The notes: a model not told the origin generated them from the letters alone. A stretch of 64,000 nt of DNA from an uncultured delta proteobacterium (GCA_963743525.1 CAVUQH010000004.1:608001-672000), one strand, 5' to 3'. Counted from the stretch's first letter, positions 31,552-44,414 are shown. Translations and numbers: made by a program.

Positions 31552-32598
31552 GTGTCCAACGATGTGCGCCCGCTAGCGATCTGCCTCCTCACGTGCTTCG
31601 CATGGCCGGGGCTCGCCCGGGCGCAAGCGCCGGTCGAACGCCCGATCGAGGCCCACATCGTCTCCCGCGCCACCGGCAGCGACCGCCCCGCCGACGAGTC
31701 TCCCAAACGCGAGCGGGCCGACGTCGGCGTCACGATGTACGCGGTGCTGGTCACCGAAGCGCACGGCCACCGGCGCTACTACAGTGATGCCGGTCGCATC
31801 CGCCTGCGGGGCAAGACCCTCGTCGCCCGTCCACTGAAGGATGCGCCCCCTGCCCTGTTCGCCTGGTTCAAGGTCGAGCCGGCCGTCGACGATCTGTCGA
31901 ACACCTCGAGCGGCCATTTCCACGTCGAGCGGATCGACTACGACGAGGTGTTCGTTCCCGGCTGGCTCTGGCAGTCGACGGTCGCGGCCGACGTCCACCC
32001 GACCCTGACCCCCGACCGCGGCCACGGCCTGGGCACCATGCGCTACGAGCTGCGCGCCTACACCCTGGCCGGCCCGCTGGCGACCCCCGGGGCCGACGGC
32101 CCGCGCCCGCGCGGCGGCGGGCTGGGCGCGGCGGTCCACCGGGTGTCGCTGCGCAGCGACGACACGTTCCTCGGCTACCTGACCGAGATGTTCGGCCAGC
32201 CGTACATCTGGGCCTCCACCGGCAAGCAGGCGGACGCCCTCGAGGGCTCCGACTGCGCCGACCTGATGGTCTACGGCTGGCGGCGCGCGGGTCACCAGGT
32301 CGCCTACACCTGGACCGGTGCGCTGCCCAAGGTCACCCGCCTCCTGGGCAAGGGCCAGCGGGGCCCCGACGGCGTCTATCGGGACAGCCGCGGCCGCCCC
32401 CTGCCGTTCACCCGGCCGGGCGACCTGATCCTGTTCCCCCGCCACGTGGGTGCGCTGGTCGCCGACCGCGGGCAAAAGGGCGTGCTCGACGACGCGGACA
32501 TTCTGATGCACACCTTGTTCGCCTCGCCCAAGGAGCAGCCGCTGGCCGACACCGGCTATGCGGACCGGCCGCTCGAAGTGCGCCGCTGGCGGTTCTGA
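31552..32598 (+). CDS. Secreted protein with C-terminal NlpC/P60-like cysteine hydrolase domain
   Basis: GQPYIW...GSDCADL...PGDLILF..HVG...ILMH. Confidence 0.7.
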   Translation: MSNDVRPLAICLLTCFAWPGLARAQAPVERPIEAHIVSRATGSDRPADESPKRERADVGVTMYAVLVTEAHGHRRYYSDAGRIRLRGKTLVARPLKDAPPALFAWFKVEPAVDDLSNTSSGHFHVERIDYDEVFVPGWLWQSTVAADVHPTLTPDRGHGLGTMRYELRAYTLAGPLATPGADGPRPRGGGLGAAVHRVSLRSDDTFLGYLTEMFGQPYIWASTGKQADALEGSDCADLMVYGWRRAGHQVAYTWTGALPKVTRLLGKGQRGPDGVYRDSRGRPLPFTRPGDLILFPRHVGALVADRGQKGVLDDADILMHTLFASPKEQPLADTGYADRPLEVRRWRF

Positions 32599-32622
32599 TA
32601 CAATCGTCTGCCGGCGCTCGAG

Positions 32623-33573
32623 ATGCCCAAACGACGCAAGGAGACCCGCAAAGGGGCGGATACCCTACGTGTACCGTCGCTCGAGAGCTACCAGAGCGGC
32701 GAGCGGATCGGGTCGTTGTTGGTCGTCCAGGGGGCCGAGATCGACCTGGGCCGACACGTCATGGTCGATCGGCCCACCACCATCGGGCGCGACGACGCTG
32801 TCGGCCTGGCGCTGTCGGACGGCTCGATCTCGCGCCGCCACTGCCGGGTGGAGCGCGACGCCGACGCCAACATCTACGTCGTCGTCAACCTCGGCTCGAC
32901 CAACGGCACGGTGGTCAACGGCCGGCGCATCGACGAACGCTATCCGCTGCGCGAGGGTGACAAGATCTTCCTCGGCGCGTCGGTGGTGAAGTTCAGCTTC
33001 TCGGACTGGGTCGACCTCGAATACCAGTCGCGGGTCGAGACGCTGGTGTCGACCGACGCCCTCACCGGGATGGCGTCGCGCCGCCAGTACGAGGTGTCGT
33101 TCGCCGCCATGGCCGAGCGCGCGGAAGCCGAGGAGTCGCTGCTGACCGTCGTGGTCATGGACATGGACGGGCTCAAGTCGATCAACGACACCCACGGCCA
33201 CCACATGGGCGGCTTCGCCATCTGCGAGGTCGCCGCGATGGTCCGCGAAGAGTTCGAGCCCCACGGTCTGGTCTGTCGTTACGGCGGCGACGAGTTCGTG
33301 GTCTGCCTGCCCGGCGTGCCCCGCCCGCGGGCGGCGGCCATGGCCGAGGTGCTGCGGCGGCGGGTCGAGAAGGCCACCTTCGTCAAGGACGCCATCGAGG
33401 TCCGGGCGACCCTGTCGATCGGTCTGGCCACCTTCCCCGGCGACTGCGAGGGACCGCTGCAGCTGTTCACCATCGCCGACCGGGCGCTGTACCGGTCCAA
33501 GCGCGAGGGCCGCAATCGGGTGTCGGCCCCGGAACAAGGCGGCGGCCAGGCACCGCCGCACACCCTGCCGTAG
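32623..33573 (+). CDS. FHA-domain diguanylate cyclase
   Basis: FHA (IGR, SRRH, STNGT); D..K.IND..GH..G and GGDEF. Confidence 0.93.
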   Translation: MPKRRKETRKGADTLRVPSLESYQSGERIGSLLVVQGAEIDLGRHVMVDRPTTIGRDDAVGLALSDGSISRRHCRVERDADANIYVVVNLGSTNGTVVNGRRIDERYPLREGDKIFLGASVVKFSFSDWVDLEYQSRVETLVSTDALTGMASRRQYEVSFAAMAERAEAEESLLTVVVMDMDGLKSINDTHGHHMGGFAICEVAAMVREEFEPHGLVCRYGGDEFVVCLPGVPRPRAAAMAEVLRRRVEKATFVKDAIEVRATLSIGLATFPGDCEGPLQLFTIADRALYRSKREGRNRVSAPEQGGGQAPPHTLP

Positions 33574-33618
33574 CACTGCGCACGCCCGGGGCCGGACGTT
33601 CTCTGTTAGCATCCGGCC

Positions 33619-34851
33619 ATGAGCCGGGTTCGGGTGGTCTCGTCGCTTGTTGGGGTTCTTGTCGCCGCGGGCTGCGGCGGAGGCAATGGATCGGGGGCCG
33701 ACGCCGGACCGCAGGGCGCGTGTCCGGTCAAGCCGTTCACCATGGCCTTCCCCGGCGAGGAAGACCCGCAGTACTGCTCCATGAACTGGGACGGCACCAA
33801 GCCCGAGCTGGCGCTGACCGAGTGCGGCGAGGTGTTCGAGAGCTGCTCGGACACCGGCTCGGTGCCCGACTTCAGCTGCATCGACACGCCTCCCGGCGCG
33901 CCGCCAGCGACCCCGGCGACGGTGACCATGCGCGGCTACGTCAACGTCTTCTCCTCGGGACCCAACGCCGACAAGGCGCGCATCCAGGTCTTCCGCGAGA
34001 GCGACCTGGATGGTGTCGACGACATCACCACCGCCACGCCGATGACCACCTTCGACATCGGGCTCGACGCCACCACGCTCGCCTCTGCGCGCGCCTGTCC
34101 CAAGTCCAAGGACTTCATGCAGGGCCAGTGCGTGCTGCCCACCAATGACTGCGGCGGCCAGTGCGACAAGGTGCTGGGCGCCGGGCAGTTCTGCTACCAG
34201 ACCAGCTGCGAGGATCTGCAGCGGTGGGAGGTGCAGTACGAGATCCCCGACGTCCCGACCAACACCTTCCTGGTGATCCGCACCGTCGGTCTCGACGCGC
34301 AGGGACAGCCGCAGGTGCGCGGCAACACCTGGGCGCCGATGGTCCAGTACAACGCCTACTTCGCCACCAACGATCACGCCTGTGCCGACGCGCTGGATCT
34401 CGACTGCATCGACGACAGCGGCGCGACGCCGATCTATCAGGTCAACGTCAACCTGCTGTCGTCGCAGGACTACATGACCATCCCGACCACCGCGGGGCTG
34501 TCCGCCGGCGTGCCGCCGGGCCACGGCGCCTTCGCCGGCGAGGTCCACGACTGCAACGGTGTCCGCGTGCAGCACGCTCAGGTCGGCTTCACCCCCGGTC
34601 GCGACCCCAGCAAGCTGGTCTTCTTCAACGGCAACCCGGTCTCCACCCTGCCGCGCATCCAGCAGGCCGCCGACGGCACCGACCCGCTGGGGCTCTACGC
34701 CGGCCTCGACGACGAGCCCGGCCCGATCGATCTGGTCGCCATCGGCAACCAGGGCGGCACCGTCCGCGAGATCGGCCGCTTCACCGCCCGCGTCTGGCCC
34801 GACAGCGTCACCCTGGTCCGCATCGGCGGCGGCCGCCCACCGCAGCCGTAG
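33619..34851 (+). CDS. Hypothetical Cys-rich lipoprotein
   Basis: Lipobox AAGC; ADAG motif; many Cys. Confidence 0.75.
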   Translation: MSRVRVVSSLVGVLVAAGCGGGNGSGADAGPQGACPVKPFTMAFPGEEDPQYCSMNWDGTKPELALTECGEVFESCSDTGSVPDFSCIDTPPGAPPATPATVTMRGYVNVFSSGPNADKARIQVFRESDLDGVDDITTATPMTTFDIGLDATTLASARACPKSKDFMQGQCVLPTNDCGGQCDKVLGAGQFCYQTSCEDLQRWEVQYEIPDVPTNTFLVIRTVGLDAQGQPQVRGNTWAPMVQYNAYFATNDHACADALDLDCIDDSGATPIYQVNVNLLSSQDYMTIPTTAGLSAGVPPGHGAFAGEVHDCNGVRVQHAQVGFTPGRDPSKLVFFNGNPVSTLPRIQQAADGTDPLGLYAGLDDEPGPIDLVAIGNQGGTVREIGRFTARVWPDSVTLVRIGGGRPPQP

Positions 34852-34868
34852 CCCCGGTCGGGCCCGGC

Positions 34869-36194
<1,326 letters not shown>

Positions 36195-36226
36195 GGCTCC
36201 TCCTGGCCGGTTTGTACCACGCGGTC

Positions 36227-36817
36227 TCAGGTCGAGATATCGACCACGCCCGGTCGAATCACCGTCAGGCTGCCGTCTTCGGCCACCGCGACCACCGTCG
36301 ATGCCGTGCTCGCCGCCGCCGGCCCGCCGTCGAGGTACATCGACACCCGGTCGCCGAAATAGCCGCGGGCGGTGTTGACGTCCAGGGCCGGGGGCGATCC
36401 CGACGGGTTGGCGCTGGTCGCGGTGATCGGGGCGCCCAGCGCCGCCGCCAGCGCGTGAGCCACCGGGTGCGGCGACACCCGCACGCCGACGCCGCCGCCG
36501 GGGCCGACCACCTCGGCCGGCAGATCGGCGCGGGCCGGCACGACCAGCGTCAGCGCCCCCGGCCAGTGGCGGACCGCCAACGCCTGGGCCGCATCTGGCC
36601 ACACCCGCGCCAGCGTCCGCGCGGCCTGCGCGTCGTGCGCGATCATGGCGAACGGCGCGCGCGGATCGCGCCCCTTGAGCGCGACCAGACGCGCCAGGGC
36701 GCCCGGCGCGCGCAGGTCGGCGGCCAGCCCGTAGGTGGTCTCGGTCGGGAAGCAGACCAGCTCGCCGCGGCCGAGGCGCTCGGCCGCCTCGGCGATCGCG
36801 GCCTGCGCGTCGTTCAC
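36227..36817 (-). CDS. tsaC: L-threonylcarbamoyladenylate synthase (TsaC/Sua5)
   Basis: [29 protein letters not shown] start overlaps the purE stop. Confidence 0.92.
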   Translation of the reverse strand: MNDAQAAIAEAAERLGRGELVCFPTETTYGLAADLRAPGALARLVALKGRDPRAPFAMIAHDAQAARTLARVWPDAAQALAVRHWPGALTLVVPARADLPAEVVGPGGGVGVRVSPHPVAHALAAALGAPITATSANPSGSPPALDVNTARGYFGDRVSMYLDGGPAAASTASTVVAVAEDGSLTVIRPGVVDIST

Positions 36818-37308
36818 ACGCCGCCCTGGAGCGACTCGTCGTCGGCGATGACCTTGTCGGTCATCCGCTTGCGCTCGGCCTCGACCCGCGAGGCGACGTC
36901 GGCGTCGGAGACGGCGATGATCTGCGCGGCCAGCAGCGCGCCGTTGTGCGCGCCGTCGACCGCGACCGTGGCCACCGGCATGCCCCGCGGCATCTGCACC
37001 GTGGCCAGCAGCGCATCCTGGCCGGCCAGCGGCGTCCGCGCCAGCGGCACGCCGACCACCGGCAGGGTCGTCTGCCCGGCGACCGCGCCGGCCAGGTGGG
37101 CGGCACCGCCGGCGGCGCAGATGATCACCTGGATGCCGCGCTCGCGGGCGTTGCGCGCGAACTCGGCCGTCCGCTCGGGCGTGCGGTGCGCCGACAGGAC
37201 CCGCACCTCGTGCGCTATCCCGAGCTTCTGCAGCAGCTCGGAGGCAGGTTTCATCAGCTCGAGGTCCGACTTGGACCCCATGAGAATGGCGACTCGTGAC
37301 GTGCTCAT
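36814..37308 (-). CDS. purE: N5-CAIR mutase
   Basis: [28 protein letters not shown]. Confidence 0.96.
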   Translation of the reverse strand: MSTSRVAILMGSKSDLELMKPASELLQKLGIAHEVRVLSAHRTPERTAEFARNARERGIQVIICAAGGAAHLAGAVAGQTTLPVVGVPLARTPLAGQDALLATVQMPRGMPVATVAVDGAHNGALLAAQIIAVSDADVASRVEAERKRMTDKVIADDESLQGGV

Positions 37309-38585
37309 TATTTGGTCCTCGTGCTCGTGGTCGGGCGCGCGCCAATATCACGGCGGTATTGCATCCCGCGGAAGTGGATCCCTTCGACAGCCGAGTAAGC
37401 TCGCGCCCGGGCCTCGTCAAGTCCGTCGGCCATCGCGGTCACTCCCAGCACCCGGCCGCCGCTGGTGAACAGCTGCTCGCCGCGGCGCTGGGTGCCGGCG
37501 TGGAAGACCACGACATCGTCGCCCTCGACCGCGTCGATCCCCGTGATTTCGTCACCTTTGGCCGGTGATGCCGGATAGCCCTCGGCCGCCAGCACCACGC
37601 AGACCGCGGTCCGCGGGTCCCACTCGATGTGGCCGTCGGGCAGGTGCCCGGCGGCGGCGCCGGCCAACCATTCGCCCGGGTCGCTGCCGAAGCGGCGCAT
37701 CACCGGCTGGGTCTCGGGGTCGCCGAAGCGACAATTGTACTCGAGCAGCCACGGCGTGCCGTCGGGAGCGACCATCAGACCGGCGTACAGCACGCCGCGG
37801 TAGTCGATGCCGTCGGCGCGCAGGCCAGCCACCGTCGGGTCGAAGATCTCGCGGGCCGCCCGCTCGATGAGCTCGGCGCTGGCCCACGGCGCCGGCGACA
37901 CCGTGCCCATGCCGCCGGTGTTGGGCCCCTCGTCGCCGTCGAAGATCGCCTTGTGGTCCTCGGCCTGGGCCAGGATCTCGTAGCGCTCGCCATCGGTGAG
38001 GGCCATGACCGACAGCTCCTGGCCGATCAGCTTGCGCTCGACGACGACGCGAGCGCCGGCGTCGCCAAACGCTCGGTCGTCGATCATCAGCCGGGCCGCG
38101 GCGCGGGCCTCGTCGGTGGTCGAGCAGACGACCACGCCCTTGCCCGCGGCCAGGCCGTCGGCCTTGACCACCACGTCGCCGCCCATTCGCTCGATGGCGG
38201 CGTCGGCGTCGGCGACCGAGTCGCAGACCGCGAACTCGGCCGTGCGGATGCCGTGGCGCTGGAAGAACAGCTTGGAGAAGCTCTTGCTGCCCTCGAGCTG
38301 GGCGCCCCTGGCCGACGGTCCGAAAACGGCGATGCCGCCGGCGCGCAGGCGGTCGGCCAGGCCGGCGACCAGCGGCGCCTCGGGACCGACGACCACCAGG
38401 TCGACGGCGCGCTCGCGGGCCAGCTGCTCCAGCCCGTCGACATCACCCGCGCCCACGGCGACGCAGTCTGCGACCGCCGCGATGCCGGGGTTGCCCGGCG
38501 CCGCGACCACCTCGTGACCGGCCCGCGCCAGCCGCCAGGCCAGCGCGTGCTCGCGTCCTCCACCGCCGACGACCAGGACTCGCAT
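37308..38585 (-). CDS. purD: Phosphoribosylamine-glycine ligase
   Basis: [35 protein letters not shown]. Confidence 0.97.
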   Translation of the reverse strand: MRVLVVGGGGREHALAWRLARAGHEVVAAPGNPGIAAVADCVAVGAGDVDGLEQLARERAVDLVVVGPEAPLVAGLADRLRAGGIAVFGPSARGAQLEGSKSFSKLFFQRHGIRTAEFAVCDSVADADAAIERMGGDVVVKADGLAAGKGVVVCSTTDEARAAARLMIDDRAFGDAGARVVVERKLIGQELSVMALTDGERYEILAQAEDHKAIFDGDEGPNTGGMGTVSPAPWASAELIERAAREIFDPTVAGLRADGIDYRGVLYAGLMVAPDGTPWLLEYNCRFGDPETQPVMRRFGSDPGEWLAGAAAGHLPDGHIEWDPRTAVCVVLAAEGYPASPAKGDEITGIDAVEGDDVVVFHAGTQRRGEQLFTSGGRVLGVTAMADGLDEARARAYSAVEGIHFRGMQYRRDIGARPTTSTRTK

Positions 38586-38592
38586 GGCCGAC

Positions 38593-40173
38593 CTAGTGAC
38601 GGAAGTGGCGCATGCCGGTGAAGATCATCGCCAGGCCGTGCTCGTCGCAGGCGTCGATGACCTCCTGATCGCGAACCGAGCCGCCCGGCTGGATCACCGC
38701 CACCGCGCCGGCTTCGGCCAGCACGTCGATGTTGTCGCGGAACGGGAAGAAGGCATCGGAGGCGACCACGCTGCCGGCCAGCGGCATCTCGGCCTTCATC
38801 CGCGCCAGCTTGACCGCGTCGACCCGCGACATCTGTCCGGCGCCGATCGCGGTGGTGTGGGTGCCGCTGCAGAAGACGATGGCGTTCGACTTGACGTGCT
38901 TGCACACGCGCCAGCCGAAGTCCATGGCCGCCAGCTCGGCGGCGGTCGGCTGCCGCTTGGTCACGACCTTGGCGTCGCGCGCGGCGATCATCTGCAAGTC
39001 GGCCGACTGCACCAGCAGGCCGCCGGCGACCGTGCGCATGGCCCAGCCGCGGTCGGTCGGCGAGGTGCGCAGCGGGCCGGTGGCGACCAGGCGCAGGTTC
39101 TTCTTCTTGGCCAGCACCTCGCGGGCGGCGGCGGTGTAGCTGGGCGCGACCACGCACTCGAGGAAGGTCTCGACCAGCTGCTCGGCCAGGTCGGCGTCGA
39201 GCTCGCGGTTGACCGCGACGATGCCGCCGAACGACGACGTCGGATCGGTCGCCCTCGCCTGCTGGTAGGCGGCGGCGATGCCCGCCTCGTCGACCGCGAT
39301 GCCGCACGGGTTGGTGTGCTTGACGACCACTGCGGTCGGCCCCTCGAACTCGATGCACGCCGCCATGGCGGCGTCGAGGTCGAGGATGTTGTTGTAGCTG
39401 AGCGCCTTGCCCTGCAGCACCTCGGCGCCGGCCAGGGTCGGCCGGTCGCCCGAGCGCGGCAGCGGCGACGCGCCATCGCGGTAGAACGCCGCGGTCTGGT
39501 GCGGGTTCTCGCCGTAGCGCAGCACCAGCTCGCGCTCGAACTGCACCGTCAGCGTGCCGGGGAGCTCGGAACGGCTGCCGTCCTCCTCGAGTGAGGTCAG
39601 GTAGGCGGCGATGGCTCCGTCGTAGGCGGCCGTGCGGATGAACACCTTCTTGGCCAGCGACACGCGCGTGGCGTCGGAGACCGCGCCACCGCCGGCGTCC
39701 ATCTCGGCGAGGATCGTCGCGTAGTCGTCGGGGTCGACCACGACGGTGACCCGCTCGTGGTTCTTGGCCGCCGAGCGCAGCATCGACGGTCCGCCGATGT
39801 CGATGTTCTCGATGGCGTCCTCGAAGCTGACGTCCGGCTTGGCCACCGTCGACTCGAACGGGTACAGGTTGACCGCCACCAGATCGATCGGCTCGATCTG
39901 ATTGGCCGCCATCTGCGCCCGGTGATCGTCGGTGTCCCGGCCCAGCAGGCCGCCGTGGATCTTCGGGTGCAGGGTCTTGACCCGGCCGTCGAGGATCTCC
40001 GGCGCGCCGGTGTGATCCGAGATGGCGACGGTCTCGATTCCGGCCTCGTTGAGAGCCCGGGCGGTACCGCCGGTGGAAAGGATCTCAACGCCGTGTCGCG
40101 CGAGACCGCGGGCGAAGTCGACCAGTCCTCGTTTGTCCGAAACGCTGAGGATGGCCCGCCGAATCTTGGTCAT
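38593..40173 (-). CDS. purH: AICAR transformylase/IMP cyclohydrolase
   Basis: [35 protein letters not shown]. Confidence 0.97.
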   Translation of the reverse strand: MTKIRRAILSVSDKRGLVDFARGLARHGVEILSTGGTARALNEAGIETVAISDHTGAPEILDGRVKTLHPKIHGGLLGRDTDDHRAQMAANQIEPIDLVAVNLYPFESTVAKPDVSFEDAIENIDIGGPSMLRSAAKNHERVTVVVDPDDYATILAEMDAGGGAVSDATRVSLAKKVFIRTAAYDGAIAAYLTSLEEDGSRSELPGTLTVQFERELVLRYGENPHQTAAFYRDGASPLPRSGDRPTLAGAEVLQGKALSYNNILDLDAAMAACIEFEGPTAVVVKHTNPCGIAVDEAGIAAAYQQARATDPTSSFGGIVAVNRELDADLAEQLVETFLECVVAPSYTAAAREVLAKKKNLRLVATGPLRTSPTDRGWAMRTVAGGLLVQSADLQMIAARDAKVVTKRQPTAAELAAMDFGWRVCKHVKSNAIVFCSGTHTTAIGAGQMSRVDAVKLARMKAEMPLAGSVVASDAFFPFRDNIDVLAEAGAVAVIQPGGSVRDQEVIDACDEHGLAMIFTGMRHFRH

Positions 40174-40206
40174 CGAGGTGTGCCTCCGGGTGGGGAGGCA
40201 CCCTCT

Positions 40207-40804
<598 letters not shown>

Positions 40805-40830
40805 GCGTCCCTCCTTGCTCCAGGCGACAG

Positions 40831-41607
40831 TCACAACAAGTCCTCGGCACTCCCCGCAGCGCCGGTGCTCCGGTAGTGGTCCTTGCTCGGCGCTTGCGTG
40901 CGGCGGGCGAGCCCGTCGATGCGCTCGAGCAAGTCGTCGGCGGTCTTGCGCGCCTCGTCGATCTCACGCTTGAGATCGCGGCGCGTCTTGGCGTCGAAGC
41001 GCGGGCTCTGGGCTTCTTTGTCGAAGCGCGACAGCACTTCGCCCAGGCCCTCCTCCAGGCTCTCGATGATGTCGGTGAACCGGAGGAACTGCTCCTGAAT
41101 CTCTTCGATGGTGTGGCCCTCGCCCATCAGGCGCTTGATCGCGTTGATGCGCCGGACGGTGCGGGCCGGGTACATGCCCATCGAGCCGCGGTGCTTGCCC
41201 TTGCGACCGACGCGGCGGCTGCGCGGCAACAGGCCCTGCTGCACGTACTTGCGGAAGGTCGCCTCGGAGAAGCGGACCCCACGTGAAACGAAGATGTCGA
41301 CCGCCTGCACGGCGGTGATGCCGTCGGGATGAGCGGCCTCGAGCTCGCGCAGCTCTTCGTCGCTGAGCAGCCCCTTCTTGGAGGAGGAGCCCGAACCACC
41401 GCGCCCGCCGCCGCCGCCACCGGAGCGACGGGAGTGAGCAGCCAGGCTCGCGACCAGGGCACTCGCGCGACGCGCACCAGCGCCCGCCATCTCGATCTCG
41501 AACAGCGCTGCGCTGCTCGCCGGTGCGGCGGCATCGGTGCCCGTCTGTCGCTTACCGCGACCAAGTGACGCCGCGCGATGCGACGCCTGCGAATCACCCA
41601 GGCTCAA
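40831..41607 (-). CDS. MerR-like winged-HTH regulator (start uncertain; alternative ATG 41490)
   Basis: [15 protein letters not shown]...Y....[18 protein letters not shown] followed by a coiled coil. Confidence 0.78.
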   Translation of the reverse strand: MSLGDSQASHRAASLGRGKRQTGTDAAAPASSAALFEIEMAGAGARRASALVASLAAHSRRSGGGGGGRGGSGSSSKKGLLSDEELRELEAAHPDGITAVQAVDIFVSRGVRFSEATFRKYVQQGLLPRSRRVGRKGKHRGSMGMYPARTVRRINAIKRLMGEGHTIEEIQEQFLRFTDIIESLEEGLGEVLSRFDKEAQSPRFDAKTRRDLKREIDEARKTADDLLERIDGLARRTQAPSKDHYRSTGAAGSAEDLL

Positions 41608-41716
41608 GCGTATCCCCCCGAAGATCAGTCCGTCAGAAACCGGGCAGCGTTGATGGCGCTAGAAACTTGCTCTGTACAGGTCATCGTATGACCAGTATCA
41701 GCTCCCCGATGTCCTG

Positions 41717-41747
41717 TGACTGTAGTCCACTGAATGTAGTCGGTCAA
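41717..41747 (-). promoter_or_regulatory. sigma70-type promoter with overlapping direct repeats
   Basis: TTGACC-17 bp-TACAGT on the minus strand; GACTACAnTCA twice at 14-bp spacing. Confidence 0.6.
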
Positions 41748-41841
41748 CAATACACGGGGAAATAGAGTCCAGTTTTTCGCTGTGATTTTGTTCAGGTACA
41801 GCGCGCGGCCGCTGCGACGATCGGCGAGTCGAGCTACCCTC

Positions 41842-42429
41842 GTGGCGGTGCGTTCCGTCTTCTTCGCCGCCGCCGCGTTCGCGTTGATCGCGTCGCTCGT
41901 CTCCGACGGTGCGCGCGCCGAAATCGAGGGCGACCGCTTCACCTCCGACGACTGGCACGTCACTCTGCGCGCGCCGTCGCACTGGCAGATCAGCGAGCGG
42001 ACCTCGTACCCGAACGTGCTCCTGTGGATGACCCACGCCGAGCCAGAGGGGCGCATGTTGCTCAGCGCCGAAGTGCGCGGCGACGACGGCGACGCCGAGG
42101 CCTACGCCAAGGCGACCTCGGCGGTGCTGGTGCAGCTCGGCTTCACCGTGCGCGCACCGCAGCGCCACGCCGCCACCGGCGCCTACTACTTCGACTTCGA
42201 CAACTGCGGCGACGCCACCGACTGCACCGGCAAGGTGTTCATGCGCCAGGCGTTCCTGGTGTCGGGCAAGATCGGCTACGCGTTGACTCTCGCCACCCCC
42301 GACGTGCACAGCCGCGGGCGCCTGCTGCGCGCCTTCGACTTCGCGCTCACACACATCCAGATCGATCGAACCGGCGCCGCCGCGCCGCAGCCGACACCAC
42401 CGCCAACGCCGCCGGAGCCGCCCAAGTGA
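41842..42429 (+). CDS. Secreted hypothetical protein (possibly PsbP/DcrB-like fold); start uncertain
   Basis: Signal peptide ending ARA; Pro-rich tail; stop overlaps the MoxR start. Confidence 0.6.
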   Translation: MAVRSVFFAAAAFALIASLVSDGARAEIEGDRFTSDDWHVTLRAPSHWQISERTSYPNVLLWMTHAEPEGRMLLSAEVRGDDGDAEAYAKATSAVLVQLGFTVRAPQRHAATGAYYFDFDNCGDATDCTGKVFMRQAFLVSGKIGYALTLATPDVHSRGRLLRAFDFALTHIQIDRTGAAAPQPTPPPTPPEPPK

Positions 42430-43346
42430 ACGATCTCTTCGACAGCCCCGAGCGGGTGGCCGAGGCGCTGCGCGCCGTCGGCTACATCGCCGACTCGCAG
42501 GTGGCGACCACCGCCTTCCTCGCCGCCGCACTGGACAAACCGATCCTGGCCGAAGGCCCGGCCGGCGTGGGCAAGACCGAGCTGGCCAAAGCCCTGGCGC
42601 AGGCGATGGATACCGAGCTGGTGCGCCTGCAGTGCTACGAGGGCCTCGACGAGGCCAAGACGCTGTACGAGTGGAAGTACCCCAAGCAGCTGCTCTACAC
42701 CCAGATGCTGCGCGACGAGATCGGCCAGGTGACCGCCGGCGCCACGTCGCTGGCCGAGGCGGTCAACCGCATCGCCGGGCAGGAGGACGCCTTCTTCTCC
42801 GAGCGCTTCCTCGAGGCGCGACCACTGCTTCGCGCCATCCGCGCGCCCCAGCGGGTGGTCCTGTTGATCGACGAGGTTGACCGCGCCGAAGACGAGCTCG
42901 AGGCGTTCTTTCTCGAAGTGCTGGCCGAGTTCCAGGTGACGGTGCCCGAGCTGGGCACGCTGCGCGCCGTGCACCGGCCGATCGCGGTGGTCACCTCGAA
43001 CAACACCCGCGAGCTGTCGGACGCGTTGCGCCGGCGCTGCCTGTACTTGCCGATGACCTACCCGTCGGCTGAGCGCGAGGCCGAGATCGTCGAGACCCGG
43101 GTGCCCGGCGTGGCCGCGGCGCTGGCGACACAGCTGGCCGACTTCGTCGCCCGCCTGCGCACCCTCGACCTGAAGAAGGCGCCCAGCATCTCCGAGACCA
43201 TCGACTGGGCTCGCGCGCTGGTGGTGATGTCGGTCAACGCGCTGTCGGCCGACGCCGTGCGCGACACGCTCAACCTGCTGCTCAAGTACGAGGGCGACCT
43301 CGAGGTGGCGCGCGGCACGCCCGGATTATTCGCCACCACCGCGTAG
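42426..43346 (+). CDS. MoxR-family AAA+ ATPase (CoxD-like)
   Basis: EGPAGVGKT, RLQCYEGLD, LLIDEVDR, TSNNTRELSDALRRRC. Confidence 0.93.
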   Translation: MNDLFDSPERVAEALRAVGYIADSQVATTAFLAAALDKPILAEGPAGVGKTELAKALAQAMDTELVRLQCYEGLDEAKTLYEWKYPKQLLYTQMLRDEIGQVTAGATSLAEAVNRIAGQEDAFFSERFLEARPLLRAIRAPQRVVLLIDEVDRAEDELEAFFLEVLAEFQVTVPELGTLRAVHRPIAVVTSNNTRELSDALRRRCLYLPMTYPSAEREAEIVETRVPGVAAALATQLADFVARLRTLDLKKAPSISETIDWARALVVMSVNALSADAVRDTLNLLLKYEGDLEVARGTPGLFATTA

Positions 43347-43351
43347 CGAGG

Positions 43352-43447
43352 GCGTAGCTGCGCGAGCAGATTGGGCCGCACCCCCGCAGCGAACGAGGGA
43401 GCGGGCTGAAGCCCGTGACCGAGTGAGCGAGGAGCTACGGCACAATG
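43352..43447. repeat. REP-like nested palindromic intergenic element
   Basis: GTAG-CTGC-GCGA-GCAG hairpin; ATTGGGCCGCA / TACGGCACAAT imperfect inverted repeat; central CGGGC-TGAA-GCCCG. Confidence 0.5.
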
Positions 43448-43468
43448 ATCCGGGCAAGGCCGCCGAGA

Positions 43469-44380
43469 TCACTGACGCGGTACGAAACCGCGGAACGGCA
43501 GCGAGCTGAGGCTGAGCATCGCCGGCATCTGTGACAGCTGCGCGCCGGGAATCGGCAGCGTGGCGACCAGGCTGCGGCGGGCGTGCTCGATGTATTTGCG
43601 ATCGCGCCCCGTCCACCACAAGCGGCCGTAGTCCTGACAGCCGGCCTGCGCGTCCGATGCCGAGCAGTAGATGCGCACGTGGAAATGGTCGTCGTGGGCG
43701 GCGGCGCCGATCGGCTGGCGCACGATGTAGGTCGCGGCGTCGACCACATCCCTGGGCTCGCCGATCGAGGTGGCGTAGTCGATCATCTTTTGCTTGAGCC
43801 AGTCGGCGACGAAGATGTACTGCACGTCGGCGGCCGGGTTCTCGAGCACCGCTCGAACCAGCGCCCAGTTGCGCTGGACGTCGAAGTGATAGGTCGGCAG
43901 AGCCTGGCCGGTGGCCGGATCGAGGCCGGGTCGGGTGACGCCGTTCTCGTCCATCTTGCGCATGTCGTCCCACCGCACCGGTTTGCCGCGCGCGTCGGTG
44001 ACGAAGTAGACGAGGTCGACGTCCCGCCCGGTCTGGTGCGATGCGTGCCAGCGGGTCGGCCCGCCGCGGCGGGGCGAGATGTCGGCCACCGCCAGCGCGC
44101 TGCCGGGATAGGCGGCGGCGATGCGGCGGCCGGCGTAGGCGATGAGGCCCATCATCTCATCGGTGCCCCAGTTGTTGCCCCGCTGGTCCCAGCGCGGCGG
44201 GACGTAGAAGCCGTCGCCCCGGCGCGGCAGCTTCTGCGGATTGATCAGCTTGCCGGCGTTGGCCGGGCCCCAGGAGATACTGGTGCCGTCGTCGATGACG
44301 CCGTAGCGCGGACAGCCGGCGAGCCCCAGCGCGGCCACAGCCAGCGCCGCCGCGAGCCACCTGCTCCCTCCGCGCGGCAT
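43469..44380 (-). CDS. Penicillin-insensitive murein endopeptidase (MepA-like) lipoprotein
   Basis: Lipobox LAGC; HASHQTGRDVD and HDDHFHVR. Confidence 0.88.
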   Translation of the reverse strand: MPRGGSRWLAAALAVAALGLAGCPRYGVIDDGTSISWGPANAGKLINPQKLPRRGDGFYVPPRWDQRGNNWGTDEMMGLIAYAGRRIAAAYPGSALAVADISPRRGGPTRWHASHQTGRDVDLVYFVTDARGKPVRWDDMRKMDENGVTRPGLDPATGQALPTYHFDVQRNWALVRAVLENPAADVQYIFVADWLKQKMIDYATSIGEPRDVVDAATYIVRQPIGAAAHDDHFHVRIYCSASDAQAGCQDYGRLWWTGRDRKYIEHARRSLVATLPIPGAQLSQMPAMLSLSSLPFRGFVPRQ

Positions 44381-44414
44381 ACCTCTATTAATGAACGCGA
44401 CCGGCGGCGGAGGC

